A stretch of DNA of 64,000 nucleotides from Paraspadella gotoi (Eukaryota; Animalia; Chaetognatha). The translations under genes and the position numbers were made by a program. The notes below the pieces were generated by a model. That model searched no databases and was not told the DNA's origin. It saw only the letters and a program-made list of their open reading frames with translations. Location of the stretch: assembly GCA_051294375.1 (NCBI GenBank), contig JBJCIZ010000239.1:5629936-5693935 (forward strand). Reading direction: 5' to 3'. The first letter of the stretch is position 1. Every line of letters begins with the position of its first letter. This document shows, one piece after another, positions 53,990 through 64,000 of the stretch.

Positions 53990-54500
53990 TAACAACAACA
54001 ATGACGAAGAAAACAAAAATAAAACCCCCCTGTCGACCTAATCGACAGTCGGAGCATCTTCGTCCCGGCATCCTTGGTCTTCCTCCCGTCTCCTCGCTCC
54101 GACTGTCAAAATTACATCACTACCCATAGTGTTTTTGTATTTTGTAAATTTTTGTTGTTGTTATTTTGGAAATTTGTCAATTTTTCAATTTTAGATTTTG
54201 TGAAATTTTATTTTTCGTTGCACGTTTTACACCGGTCTTCAGACCTTGTTGTATATATTACTATATATTTTGATATATTTATTATCAACATACTTTCAGT
54301 CACACAAGATGGACGACAACATTTTTGTTTTAATATATTTAACCATATATTACAACAGGGGGGCATGCGGCCACTTGAGCGAATCAGATCTTTTATAGAA
54401 ATAATTCATCCATGGTTGGATTTGAACCATCAAACTCAAGTTCTGAGTGACTCGAGCTACAGCTCTGGGCCACTCAGACGGCCCTGATTTCTCAGCGATT
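53990..54500 (-). mobile_element. tRNA-headed SINE-like element, family B (left arm of a diverged head-to-head inverted pair)
   Basis: The minus strand reads cgctgagaaatcagggccgtctgagtggccc...gatggttcaaatcc (B-box), then an AT-rich body and a GACAGTCGGAGC/GCTCCGACTGTC hairpin. It is colinear in reverse with 54645-55740. Confidence 0.65.
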
Positions 54501-54644
54501 TTGTTTTCATTTAAAGCTTTAAATCTCGATTTAGAAATCTTTTGTTTTTCTTAAAACAGTTGCTCTGTTCACCAAAAGATGTCTTGGCGCCATTTGGCGC
54601 CAACTTCGTTTTCTTTGTTTTTAAAGTTTTAAATAGGTTTAGAT

Positions 54645-55740
54645 TCGCTGAGGAATCAGGGCCATCTGGGTGGCTCTGTGTTGTAACTCAGGTTGTCCAG
54701 AGCTCGAGTTCGATGGTTCAAATCCCATAAGTGGAGGAATTATTTCTGTAATAGATTTGATTCACTCAAGCGGCCCCGTGCCCCCCTGTTATAATATATG
54801 GTCTTAAATATTAGAACAAAATACTGTTGTCGTCTATCTCGAGTGATTGAACAGAATGTTGATAAATAATATAGTAATGCTACTAAAATTCAATAATATT
54901 CACAACCAGGTCTCTGTAAAAACGTTTTCAAAATACACAAACAACCAAAAATTACAAAAATTTGAAAAATACCAAAATACATAAATACTTATATAATAAG
55001 TGTACAATAAGGCGGTGTCAAAATTGAACACTTTTATAACTTTTAATTCTTTCCAAAAAATTCCTTTTTCCTTCTATTACTAAATCGATTTTCAATGTAA
55101 CTTTTTGAATTAGTTCATTGGGTTGTTGCACTGAAGCTTTTAAATATTTATTAATATATAACAAATGACAAAAATTTTTTTTTTAAATTATTTTTAGAGA
55201 CGGATTCCTATAGAGCTTGAAAAGTTAAATGAAAGTTAGTACTACAATTTTTAAAAATTTTGATAAGAAATTGGTTAAAAATAGAAAAAACGTTAAAAAT
55301 CATCATCATCATCATCATCATCATTGGCTGAATTTTATAGTTTTTTAAAATTTTTATCAATAAAACAAAAAAATTTTAAAATTTTGTATTAATAACCTTC
55401 ATCTAACTTTTAAAGCTCTATCAGAATCCATTAAAAAAAATTGAAAAATTCAAAAAAAATTTTTAACTTTATATAGTAATAAAATAATCTTTTAAATGCT
55501 TCCGTGCGCTATTTACTAAGATAATTTTTTAAAATTATTTTTATTTTCATATTCTCTAACAGTCACTTTATCATTATTTATTTGAGAGAACTTCTAGTTT
55601 TCAACCTGTTCCGGCCTAGTGTACAATTGACAGTTGGAGCGCGGAGACGGGAGGAAGACCGAGGTTGCCGGGAGAAGAAGCTCCAACTGTCGATTAGGTC
55701 GACAGGGGGGTTTATTTTTTTCAATGTTGTTGTTGTCGTT
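54645..55740 (+). mobile_element. tRNA-headed SINE-like element, family B (right arm), interrupted by a foldback MITE at ~55000-55570
   Basis: cgctgaggaatcagggccatctgggtggctctgtgttg (A-box-like)...gatggttcaaatccc (B-box). The body is homologous to 54130-54500 and resumes at 55620-55740, homologous to 53990-54120. Confidence 0.65.
55125..55510. mobile_element. AT-rich foldback/MITE with long degenerate inverted arms centred on (CAT)n
   Basis: gcactgaagc...ggattcctatagagcttgaaaagttaaatgaaagtta on the left pairs with taaccttcatctaacttttaaagctctatcagaatcc...gcttccgtgc on the right. The (atc)n centre is at ~55299-55324. Confidence 0.65.
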
Positions 55741-56164
55741 GAACTTCTTTTGTCTCTTCAGCATCTCTTTTGATGGTGGGTGGGGGGAAACTTGGGGCTG
55801 GGTCAGTGAGGGAGGAGGAGGAGGAGCGGGCGAGGCCGCTCGTTGATTGTTTGTTCGAGTTGTTCTTGTTGTTGTAGTTGCTTGTCTCGCTCTAAGACCA
55901 GGCTGACGACTTATGCAAGTTGAAAAAATTATGCAAGTTGAAAAAATGATGCGAGTTAAAAAAAATAAAAAAAAATATTGTGATTTATCATCTGATTAGC
56001 AGATTACCGTTTAATTATTGTAGGCAGATCCGACATTGTTTGCTCAAACTTGTTTTTTTTTTTTTTTTGCATTTGTTTTTTTCGGGAGATCAACAGTCAT
56101 ACTTATCTCTCTTAAAAAAACGAAAAAAAAAAGCTTTTGAATTTCCCACGATTGTTTTATTGAA

Positions 56165-56648
56165 ATGATGGCAGACTCGACTACTCTTCCGACACCACCT
56201 ACGAGGACAGCTACTCCTTCCCAGATCTCCTTCTTGCCATTGCCCTGGGCATCATCAACATCGTTTTGGGCATCGCTGCTCTCATCCTCGCCTTCAAGAA
56301 ACCCGATAAGATCGTCGCCATCGTCGTTCTCTCCATTTTGTCATTCGTCATTGGCGCCTATCAAATCACCAGTGGCATCATTAGAATTAGTAAGTGTTGG
56401 TGGGGGGAAATTTAGATGCGAGTTTTATTTATACATATTACAGAACTCTTAGCTTTTACATTGTTCCGCAGTAATACATAATAAAATTGCAAATATTGTT
56501 ACTAAATAAGTGACAACAAGTTATGAAGAATTATTCTACTATTTGCGTTCACTTATACATTACATTTTCAGCTCTCGATTTTTTTTAATTTTCAGTTCTC
56601 TTTATCCAACGCGTTCCGATTCGAAGAGAAGTTGGAGGAGCTAAATAA
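56165..56648 (+). CDS. Two-exon gene (56165-56389, 56596-56648) for a ~92-aa protein with two predicted TM helices; this copy has one apparent 1-nt deletion near 56198
   Basis: ATG at 56165, strong donor A|gtaagt at 56389/56390, acceptor ttttcag| at 56595/56596 with matching phase 1, stop TAA at 56646-56648. Restoring the A present in the second copy (ccaacct) gives MMADSTTLPTPTYEDSYSFPDLLLAIALGIINIVLGIAALILAFKKPDKIVAIVVLSILSFVIGAYQITSGIIRIILFIQRVPIRREVGGAK. Confidence 0.7.
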
Positions 56649-57184
56649 ATAAGAACGGAAGAAAACATTCTTAGTGATTGGCTGCTATATATATATATAA
56701 TATATATTTATATCTATATATATTTAAACATATATTTCTTGCCTGTTTGTAGGTTATAATATAATCCGGGGAAGATCAAAAGCAGTTTTTTTTTGTTTAA
56801 GAGATATATATATCATCTACTGTATGTAATAAAAATGTATGACTGTGGGCAAATCATAAAAAAGCTCAAAATGTAAAGAAATTAAAAATTGGTAAAAAAA
56901 TGGTGAATGGAAATAAATGGCCGCAAAAAAAGGAAACTGATAGAAAAAAGGAAAAGAACCAAAAAGCAAAAACAAGGTGAAAGTGTTATGCTAATCCAAG
57001 CTGTGGTAACGTCAGAGGACGAAAGAAGATAGAGAACGAGGGAGAGAGAAAGAGAGAGAGAGAGAAAGAGCATGTCTTTTAAATATGATATAAAAATCAT
57101 GTAAAAATCAGGTTTAAGTCTTATACTTTATATGTTATGAATAGGAGAGAAAATTTCTTTATAGATTCAATCGTGTTAAGAGGA

Positions 57185-57480
57185 AGAATATGGGATGGTA
57201 GGAAATGTGAAAAGAAGATGGATAATAAAAAAGTGAAAAAAGATGGGATGGTAGAAAAGTTAAAAAAAAATTGAGATGGAATGAATAAAAAAAATTGAAT
57301 GGTAAGAAAGGAAAAAGAATAGGATGTTAGGAAAGGGAAAAAATGGAATGGTAGGAAAGTGTAAGAAAAATGAAAGATATGTCTAACAAAATTTCAGTGG
57401 TTGAGGACTATTTCAACTATTTTAAAACAATCGCGAGAACCCGCGGCGCATGTGAAAATGGAATGATAGGAAAATGAAAA
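57185..57480 (+). repeat. Degenerate ~25-bp purine-rich minisatellite
   Basis: Repeats of atggRatggtaggaaagtgaaaa; duplicated at ~62790-63085. Confidence 0.7.
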
Positions 57481-58403
57481 AAAATAAGAAAACTAATGAA
57501 AGGAAAAAGAAAAAAACAAAAAAAAGTTAATTTGGCGAGAAAGGAACCGGGTAATTTATAACGAACCTAAAAAGCAGCACCCGCAGGAGCGGAGCTGCAG
57601 GAGAAAAAGCTGCTCCAGTCCTGAATTGTTAGCGACTTTTCCGTTGATTTTCTTTTAAACCGTGATTTTCATGAAAGAAAGAGATGTTGAGGAGAGGAGA
57701 AGAGAGAGCGAGGGTAAGGTCACATTGTGGGAGAGAGTCGCTTTGTTTTTCCCCAAAGATTCATTTATTGGAAATTTGATCTTGGAGGAAAGAAGAGAAA
57801 GGAAAAGGAAGAGGGGAAAAAGGAAAAATAAAAAAAAGGAGGGAGGACAAAGAAGAGGGAAAAAATGAAAAGAGAAAAGGGGAGGAAGGAAAAAAAACAA
57901 TGATATATTTAAGATTGAGTGAAAATAATAAATAGGAAACAAATTGTTATCAGCAATGAGAAACTAAGAATTCCTAATATAGTCATTTCAATAGTATTGC
58001 ACGTGATCGACTGAATATTCTTTTCACAGTCAAATGTGATGCAGAATATGACAAAGTGACGCAAAGACATAATGGCACAAGAATTTAATCACAAGGACAG
58101 AAAAGTGGCACCGAAAATAAAACTAATGTAAAAGGAACAATATAATTTCGACATCACAAAGATCTTATATGCAGAAAGTAGAAACTGAAGCGTATTATGT
58201 AAAGGTACAATTTTATAAGGACGCATATAAGATTTTCAATGACATAGTTATAATTATATATACAATATATATAAATTCCAAAAATATTATAATTTATATA
58301 TACTTTGAAGTTTCAGCCTTTTTTTTCCAGAACGCCAATTTAACCTTTAATTCAGAATTAGTTTTGAAGAGACAGTGATATTTGTTATGTGTTAGTGACA
58401 GAA

Positions 58404-58565
58404 CCGTTCAATGTAAGCAGTCCCTGAGCTTCGGATCAGGGCTGTAAACACATGTTACAGGCGGGTTAAGCGCCCCGGTCCCTCTTAACTGCCAGACGAC
58501 CACCGGGCTAGAACCCCAGACCTTTGGTGTGAGGCGAATGACTTGCCTCCGGCACCAATGGCCGC
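58404..58565 (-). mobile_element. tRNA-derived SINE-like element, family C
   Basis: GC-rich island in AT-rich DNA. The minus strand reads gcggccattggtgccggagg (A-box-like)...ggggttctagcccgg (B-box-like), with a 3' hairpin ccctgatccgaagctcaggg. Confidence 0.55.
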
Positions 58566-59614
58566 TGATGAACGGTTGGTGGATTTTAAGTCCACCTAGT
58601 TTATTATTTTAGGTTAAAGATAGGAATAGAATTTTGGGCTTAAGAATTAGGGCATTACGGGTTTTAGGTTAGGGACTAGCAATTTTGGTTAGAGGTTAGG
58701 GTGAGGAAATAAAGTTAGGGATTTGTTGATGAACTTAAAAAAATATTTAGATTAAATATTAAGGTTAAAATTATTATTATTATTCATCTTATGGTTACAT
58801 GGTTTGAGAAAATAAATATAATAAAATGTAGGAAAGCGACTTACGTTGATCGAATCTGATGGAGGAAGAAGAAAAACGAATAAAACGTGACCTCTGTCCT
58901 CTCTCTCTCTCTCCTCTCTTTCTATCAATATCTATCTATCTCTCTCTCTCTCCCAAATGGACAAAAATGGAAAGGAAGAGAAAATGACATTCTGCAGAGT
59001 GGATCCGCGCGGTTTGCGACGGCACGAACGTTTCGGGGGGGAAAGAGGGTTGAAAAATATTGAGAGAGAGAGAGAGACACGAGCAGATAGACCGAGAAGG
59101 GTCATATCTAGAAAAAAAATTGAAAAATCGAAATAAAAAAAAAAATTTGATAATCGTGATAAACAATTTTGTAGTAAAAAAAATGGTAATTTCTAAATCA
59201 TTAATGAAATTAAGAACATATTAACAACAATTTGAATCCTTTAAAAAATGAAAATTGACAAAAAAAAAATTACGTACATCGAGAACACAAAAAAATTATT
59301 ACAATATTAAAAAAAACAAAAAAAACTGAAATGGTAAAGAAACATGATCGGTTCATCCAATGTGTTGCGCCACAGTGTACTTTTTGTGGACATAACATGG
59401 CGCAACATGATAAGATTAACATCACTACAATAACTTTCTGAGCCTGTGTATTTATGACACGTAGTGCATCGAATTTCAATCTTTTATTATTTTCAGTTTT
59501 AGTATTTCCTGAAATCAAGTCCCTGAGATTTGAGGTTTTTTCTGTCTCAACCAAATTAGCAGGTATGTGCAAATTATGTTCATTTTTAAACGTAAGTAGG
59601 ACAGGACCAATGGA

Positions 59615-59712
59615 CAAACATACCGACTGAGAAACCGACAAACCGACCGACAGACCGACCGAAAAGTGACTTATAGAGTTGCTCCGAGAAGTACTTGCGG
59701 CGCAACTAAAAG
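59615..59712 (-). mobile_element. 5' end of a related Helentron/DINE-1-like element (similar ends at 25172-25215 and 17340-17420)
   Basis: The minus strand reads ttttagttgcg...gagcaactctataagtcacttttcggtcggtctgtcggtc: T-run, hairpin, ctataagtcac and GTCG microsatellite. Confidence 0.5.
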
Positions 59713-60103
59713 ACCAAGGGAAGATCTTAGATTAAGGAATCAAGTATAAAGATTACAGCAAAACGAAAAATAAAAAAAACGAAAAAGAAAGAAAGAAAGA
59801 AAAAAAAGACAAAAAGAAAGAAAGAGAGAAAAAAAAAGTTCGCTGGAAACCCAAGACTGGAAGGAGCAGAAAGTCGGAAGTCAGAATGTGACGGGAGAGA
59901 AGAGAGAGAGAGAGAGAGGAGAGAGAGGAGAGAGAAAAGTAAAACCAAAGAGCATGTAAATAAAAATAAAAAAAAAATTGCAAACAAACAACGCCAGTAG
60001 TAAAATTAATCCAAATTTATTATTTTTAACATACTTGTAATCCACAGTATTTAAGTGTACCGAGGCTTTGCACACTGGNNNNNNNNNNNNNNNNNNNNNN
60101 NNN

Positions 60104-63100
60104 TTTGTTTTCATTTAAAGCTTTAAATCTCGATTTAGAAATCTTTTGTTTTTTTAAAACAGTTGCTCTGTTCACCAAAAGATGTCTTGGCGCCATTTGG
60201 CGCCAACTTCGTTTTCTTTGTTTTTAAAGTTTTAAATAGGTTTAGATTCGCTAGGAATCAGGGCCATCTGGGTGGCTCTGTGTTGTAACTCAGGTTGTCC
60301 AGAGCTCGAGTTCGATGGTTCAAATCCCATAAGTGGAGGAATTATTTCTGTAATAGATTTGATTCACTCAAGCGGCCCCGTGCCCCCCTGTTATAATATA
60401 TGGTCTTAAATATTAGAACAAAATACTGTTGTCGTCTATCTCGAGTGATTGAACAGAATGTTGATAAATATATAGTAATGCTACTAAAATTCAATAATAT
60501 TCACAACCAGGTCTCTGTAAAAACGTTTTCAAAATACACAACAACCAAAAATTACAAAAATTTGAAAAAATACCAAAATACATAAAATACTTATATAATA
60601 AGTGTACAATAAGGCGGGTCAAATTGAACACTTTTTATAACTTTTAATTCTTTCAAAAAAATTCCTTTTTTCCTTCTATTACTAAATCGATTTTCAATGT
60701 AACTTTTTGAATTAGTTCATTGGGTTGTTCACTGAAGCTTTTTAAATATTTATTAATATATAACAAATGACAAAAATTTTTTTTTTTAAATTAGTTTTTA
60801 AGAACGGATTCCTATAGAGCTTGAAAAGTTAAAATGAAAGTTAGTACTACAATTTTTAAAAATTTTGATAAGAAATTGGTTAAAAATAGAAAAAACGTTT
60901 AAAAAATCATCATCATCATCATCATCATCATTGGCTGAATTTTATAGTTTTTTTAAAATTTTTATCTATAAAACAAAAAAATTTTAAAATTTTGTATTAA
61001 TAACCTTCATCTAACTTTTAAAGCTCTATCAAAATCCATTAAAAAAAATTGAAAAATTCAAAAAAAATTTTAACTTTATATAGTAATAAAATAATCTTTT
61101 AAATGCTTCCGTGCGCTTATTACTAAGATAATTTTTTAAAATTATTTTTATTTTCATATTCTCTAACAGTCACTTTATCATTATTTATTTGAGAGAACTT
61201 CTAGTTTTCAACCTGTTCCGGCCTAGTGTACAATTGACAGTTGGAGCGCGGAGACGGGAGGAAGACCGAGGTTGCCGGGAGAAGAAGCTCCAACTGTCGA
61301 TTAGGTCGACAGGGGGGTTTTATTTTTTTCAATGTTGTTGTTGTCGTTGACTTCTTTGTCTCTTCAGCATCTCTTTTGATGGTGGGTGGGGGACTTGGGG
61401 CTGGGTCAGTGAGGGAGGAGGAGGAGGAGCGGGCGAGGCCGCTCGTTGATTGTTTGTTCGAGTTGTTCTTGTTGTTGTAGTTGCTTGTCTCGCTCTAAGA
61501 CCAGGCTGACGACTTATGCAAGTTGAAAAAATTATGCAAGTTGAAAAAATGATGCGAGTTAAAAAAAAATAAAAAAAAATATTGTGATTTATCATCTGAT
61601 TAGCAGATTACCGTTTAATTATTGTAGGCAGATCCGACATTGTTTGCTCAAACTTGTTTTTTTTTTTTTTTTTGCATTTGTTTTTTTCGGGAGATCAACA
61701 GTCATACTTATCTCTCTTAAAAAAAACGAAAAAAAAAAGCTTTTGAATTTCCCACGATTGTTTTATTGAAATGATGGCAGACTCGACTACTCTTCCGACA
61801 CCAACCTACGAGGACAGCTACTCCTTCCCAGATCTCCTTCTTCATTGCCCTGGGCATCATCAACATCGTTTTGGGCATCGCTGCTCTCATCTCGCCTTCA
61901 AGAAACCCGATAAGATCGTCGCCATCGTCGTTCCTCTCCATTTTGTCATTCGTCATTGGCGCCTATCAAATCACCAGTGCATCATTAGAATTAGTAAGTG
62001 TTGGGGGGGGGAAATTTAGATGCGAGTTTTAATTTATACATATTACAGAACTCTTAGCTTTTACATTGTTCCGCAGTAATACATAATAAAATTGCAAATA
62101 TTGTTACTAAATAAGTGACAAACAAGTTATGAAGAATTATTCTACTATTTGCGTTCACTTATACATTACATTTTCAGCCTCGATTTTTTTTAATTTTCAG
62201 TTCTCTTTATCCAACGCGTTCCGATTCGAAGAGAAGTTGGAGGAGCTAAATAAATAAGAACGGAAGAAAACATTCTTAGTGATTGGCTGCTATATATATA
62301 TATAATATATTTTTCTATATATATTTAAACATATATTTCTTGCCTGTTTGTAGGTTATAATATAATCCGGGGAAGATCAAAAGCAGTTTTTTTTTGTTTA
62401 AGAGATATATATATCATCTACTGTATGTAATAAAAATGTATGACTGTGGGCAAATCATAAAAAAGCAAAATGTAAAGAAAATTAAAATTGGTAAAAAAAT
62501 GGTGAATGGAAATAAATGGCCGCAAAAAAAGGAAAACTGATAGAAAAAAAGGAAAAGAACCAAAAAGCAAAACAAGGTGAAAGTGTTTATGCTAATCCAA
62601 AGCTGTGGTAACGTCAGAGGACGAAAGAAGATAGAGAACGAGGGAGAGAGAAAGAGAGAGAGAGAGGAAAGAGCATGTCTTTTAAATATGATATAAAAAT
62701 CATGTAAAAATCAGGTTTAAGTCTTATACTTTATATGTTATGAATAGGAGAGAAAATTTCTTTATAGATTCAATCTAGTGTTAAGAGGAAGAATATGGGA
62801 TGGTAGGAAAGTGAAAAGAAGATGGATAATAAAAAAGTGAAAAAAGATGGGATGTAGAAAAAGTTAAAAAAAAATTGAGATGGAATGATAAAAAAAATTG
62901 AATGGTAAGAAAGGGAAAAAGAATAGGATGTTAGGAAAGGAAAAAATGGAATGGTAGGAAAGTGTAAGAAAAATGAAAGATATGTCTAACAAATTTCAGT
63001 GGTTGAGGACTATTTCAACTATTTTAAAACAATCGCGAGAACCCGCGGCGCATGTGAAAATGGAAATGATAGGAAAATGAAAAAAATAAGAAAACTAATG

Positions 63101-64000
63101 AAAGGAAAAAGAAAAAAAAAAAAAAAGTTAATTTGGCGAGAAAGAACCGGGTAATTTATAACGAACCTAAAAAGCAGCACCCGCAGGAGCAGGAGCTGCA
63201 GGAGAAAAAGCTGCTCCAGTCCTGAATTGTTAGCGACTTTTCCGTTGATTTTCTTTTTACCGTATGATTTTCATGAAAGAAAGAGATGTTGAGGAGAGAG
63301 AGAGAGAGAGCGAGGTAAGGTCACATTGTGGGAGAGAGTCGCTTTGTTTTTCCCCAAAGATTCATTATTGGAAATTTGATCTTCGAGGGAAAGAAGAGAA
63401 AGGAAAAGGAAGAGGGGAAAAAGGAAAAATAAAAAAAAGGAGGGAGGACAAAGAGAGGGAAAAATGAAAAGAGAAAAGGGGAGGAAGGAAAAAAAAACAT
63501 GATATATATTTAAGATTGAGTGAAAATAATAATAGGAAACAAATTGTTATCAGCAATGAGAAACTAAGAATTCCTAATATAGTCATTTCAATAGTATTGC
63601 ACGTGATCGACTGAATATTCTTTTCACAGTCAAATGTGATGCAGATATTGACAAAGTGACGCAAAGACATAATGGCACAAGAATTTAATCACAAGGACAG
63701 AAAAGTGGCACCGAAAATAAAAACTAATGTAAAAGGAACAATATAATTTCGACATCACAATAGATCTTATATGCAGAAAGTAGAACTGAAGCGTATTATG
63801 TAAAGGTACAATTTTATAAGACGCATATAAGATTTTCAATGACATAGTTATAATTATATATACATATATATTAATTCCAAAATATTATAATTTATATATA
63901 CTTTGAAGTTTCAGCCTTTTTTTTCCAGAACGCCCAATTTAACCTTTAATTCAGAATTAGTTTTGAAGAGACAGTGATATTTGTTATGTGTTAGTGACAG
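60104..64000 (+). repeat. Direct duplicate of ~54500-58401, starting right after an N gap; probably an assembly artefact or uncollapsed haplotype
   Basis: Colinear from tttgttttcatttaaagc to gttagtgacag, with mainly homopolymer indels. Confidence 0.9.
61771..62253 (+). CDS. Second, probably artefactual duplicate copy of the small two-TM protein gene (exons 61771-61993, 62201-62253) with several 1-2 nt indels
   Basis: Same ATG, splice sites and stop as 56165-56648. Its indels are at different positions from those in the first copy, and it lies inside the 60104-64000 duplication. Confidence 0.55.

Noticed and set aside
53944-54129. C-terminal extension of the Gypsy pol ORF
   Set aside because: Similarity to RNase H ends near 53943; the remainder is read-through into the inverted family B repeat.
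54655-54735. tRNA gene (also considered for 40540-40614 and 58490-58565)
   Set aside because: A/B-box-like motifs are present, but I could not fold a cloverleaf, and each runs into a longer body. These are better explained as SINE heads.

Overview
This window is AT-rich eukaryotic (animal-like) draft genomic DNA, not prokaryotic. It has GT-AG introns, abundant (GA)n and (GAC)n microsatellites, many N gaps, and several multi-kb near-identical duplications that differ mainly by 1-bp indels and look like noisy long-read assembly artefacts. Almost all ORFs in the track are translations of microsatellites or gaps. Supported coding content: (i) the last two exons of an EamA/DMT (SLC35G-like) membrane transporter (8171-9409, +); (ii) a two-exon gene for a ~92-aa two-helix membrane protein that is only readable by combining two indel-broken copies (56165-56648 and 61771-62253); (iii) a decayed Ty3/Gypsy pol fragment (52505-53943); and (iv) several weaker exon candidates, including a 30-nt repeat exon at 29865-30146. 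The most interesting non-coding signal is three minimal type I hammerhead ribozyme motifs of the Penelope-like-element kind. One lies in a 207-bp near-perfect palindrome whose opposite arm lacks exactly the 14 nt carrying the catalytic core (32726-32932). The other two point outwards from a ~320-bp inverted repeat whose spacer holds a TATA/Inr-like promoter (50535-51523). The window also has three tRNA-derived SINE-like families (one as a head-to-head pair ending in a hairpin with a compensatory base pair), Helentron/DINE-1-like elements and foldback MITEs. All calls come from reading the sequence by eye; no searches were run.
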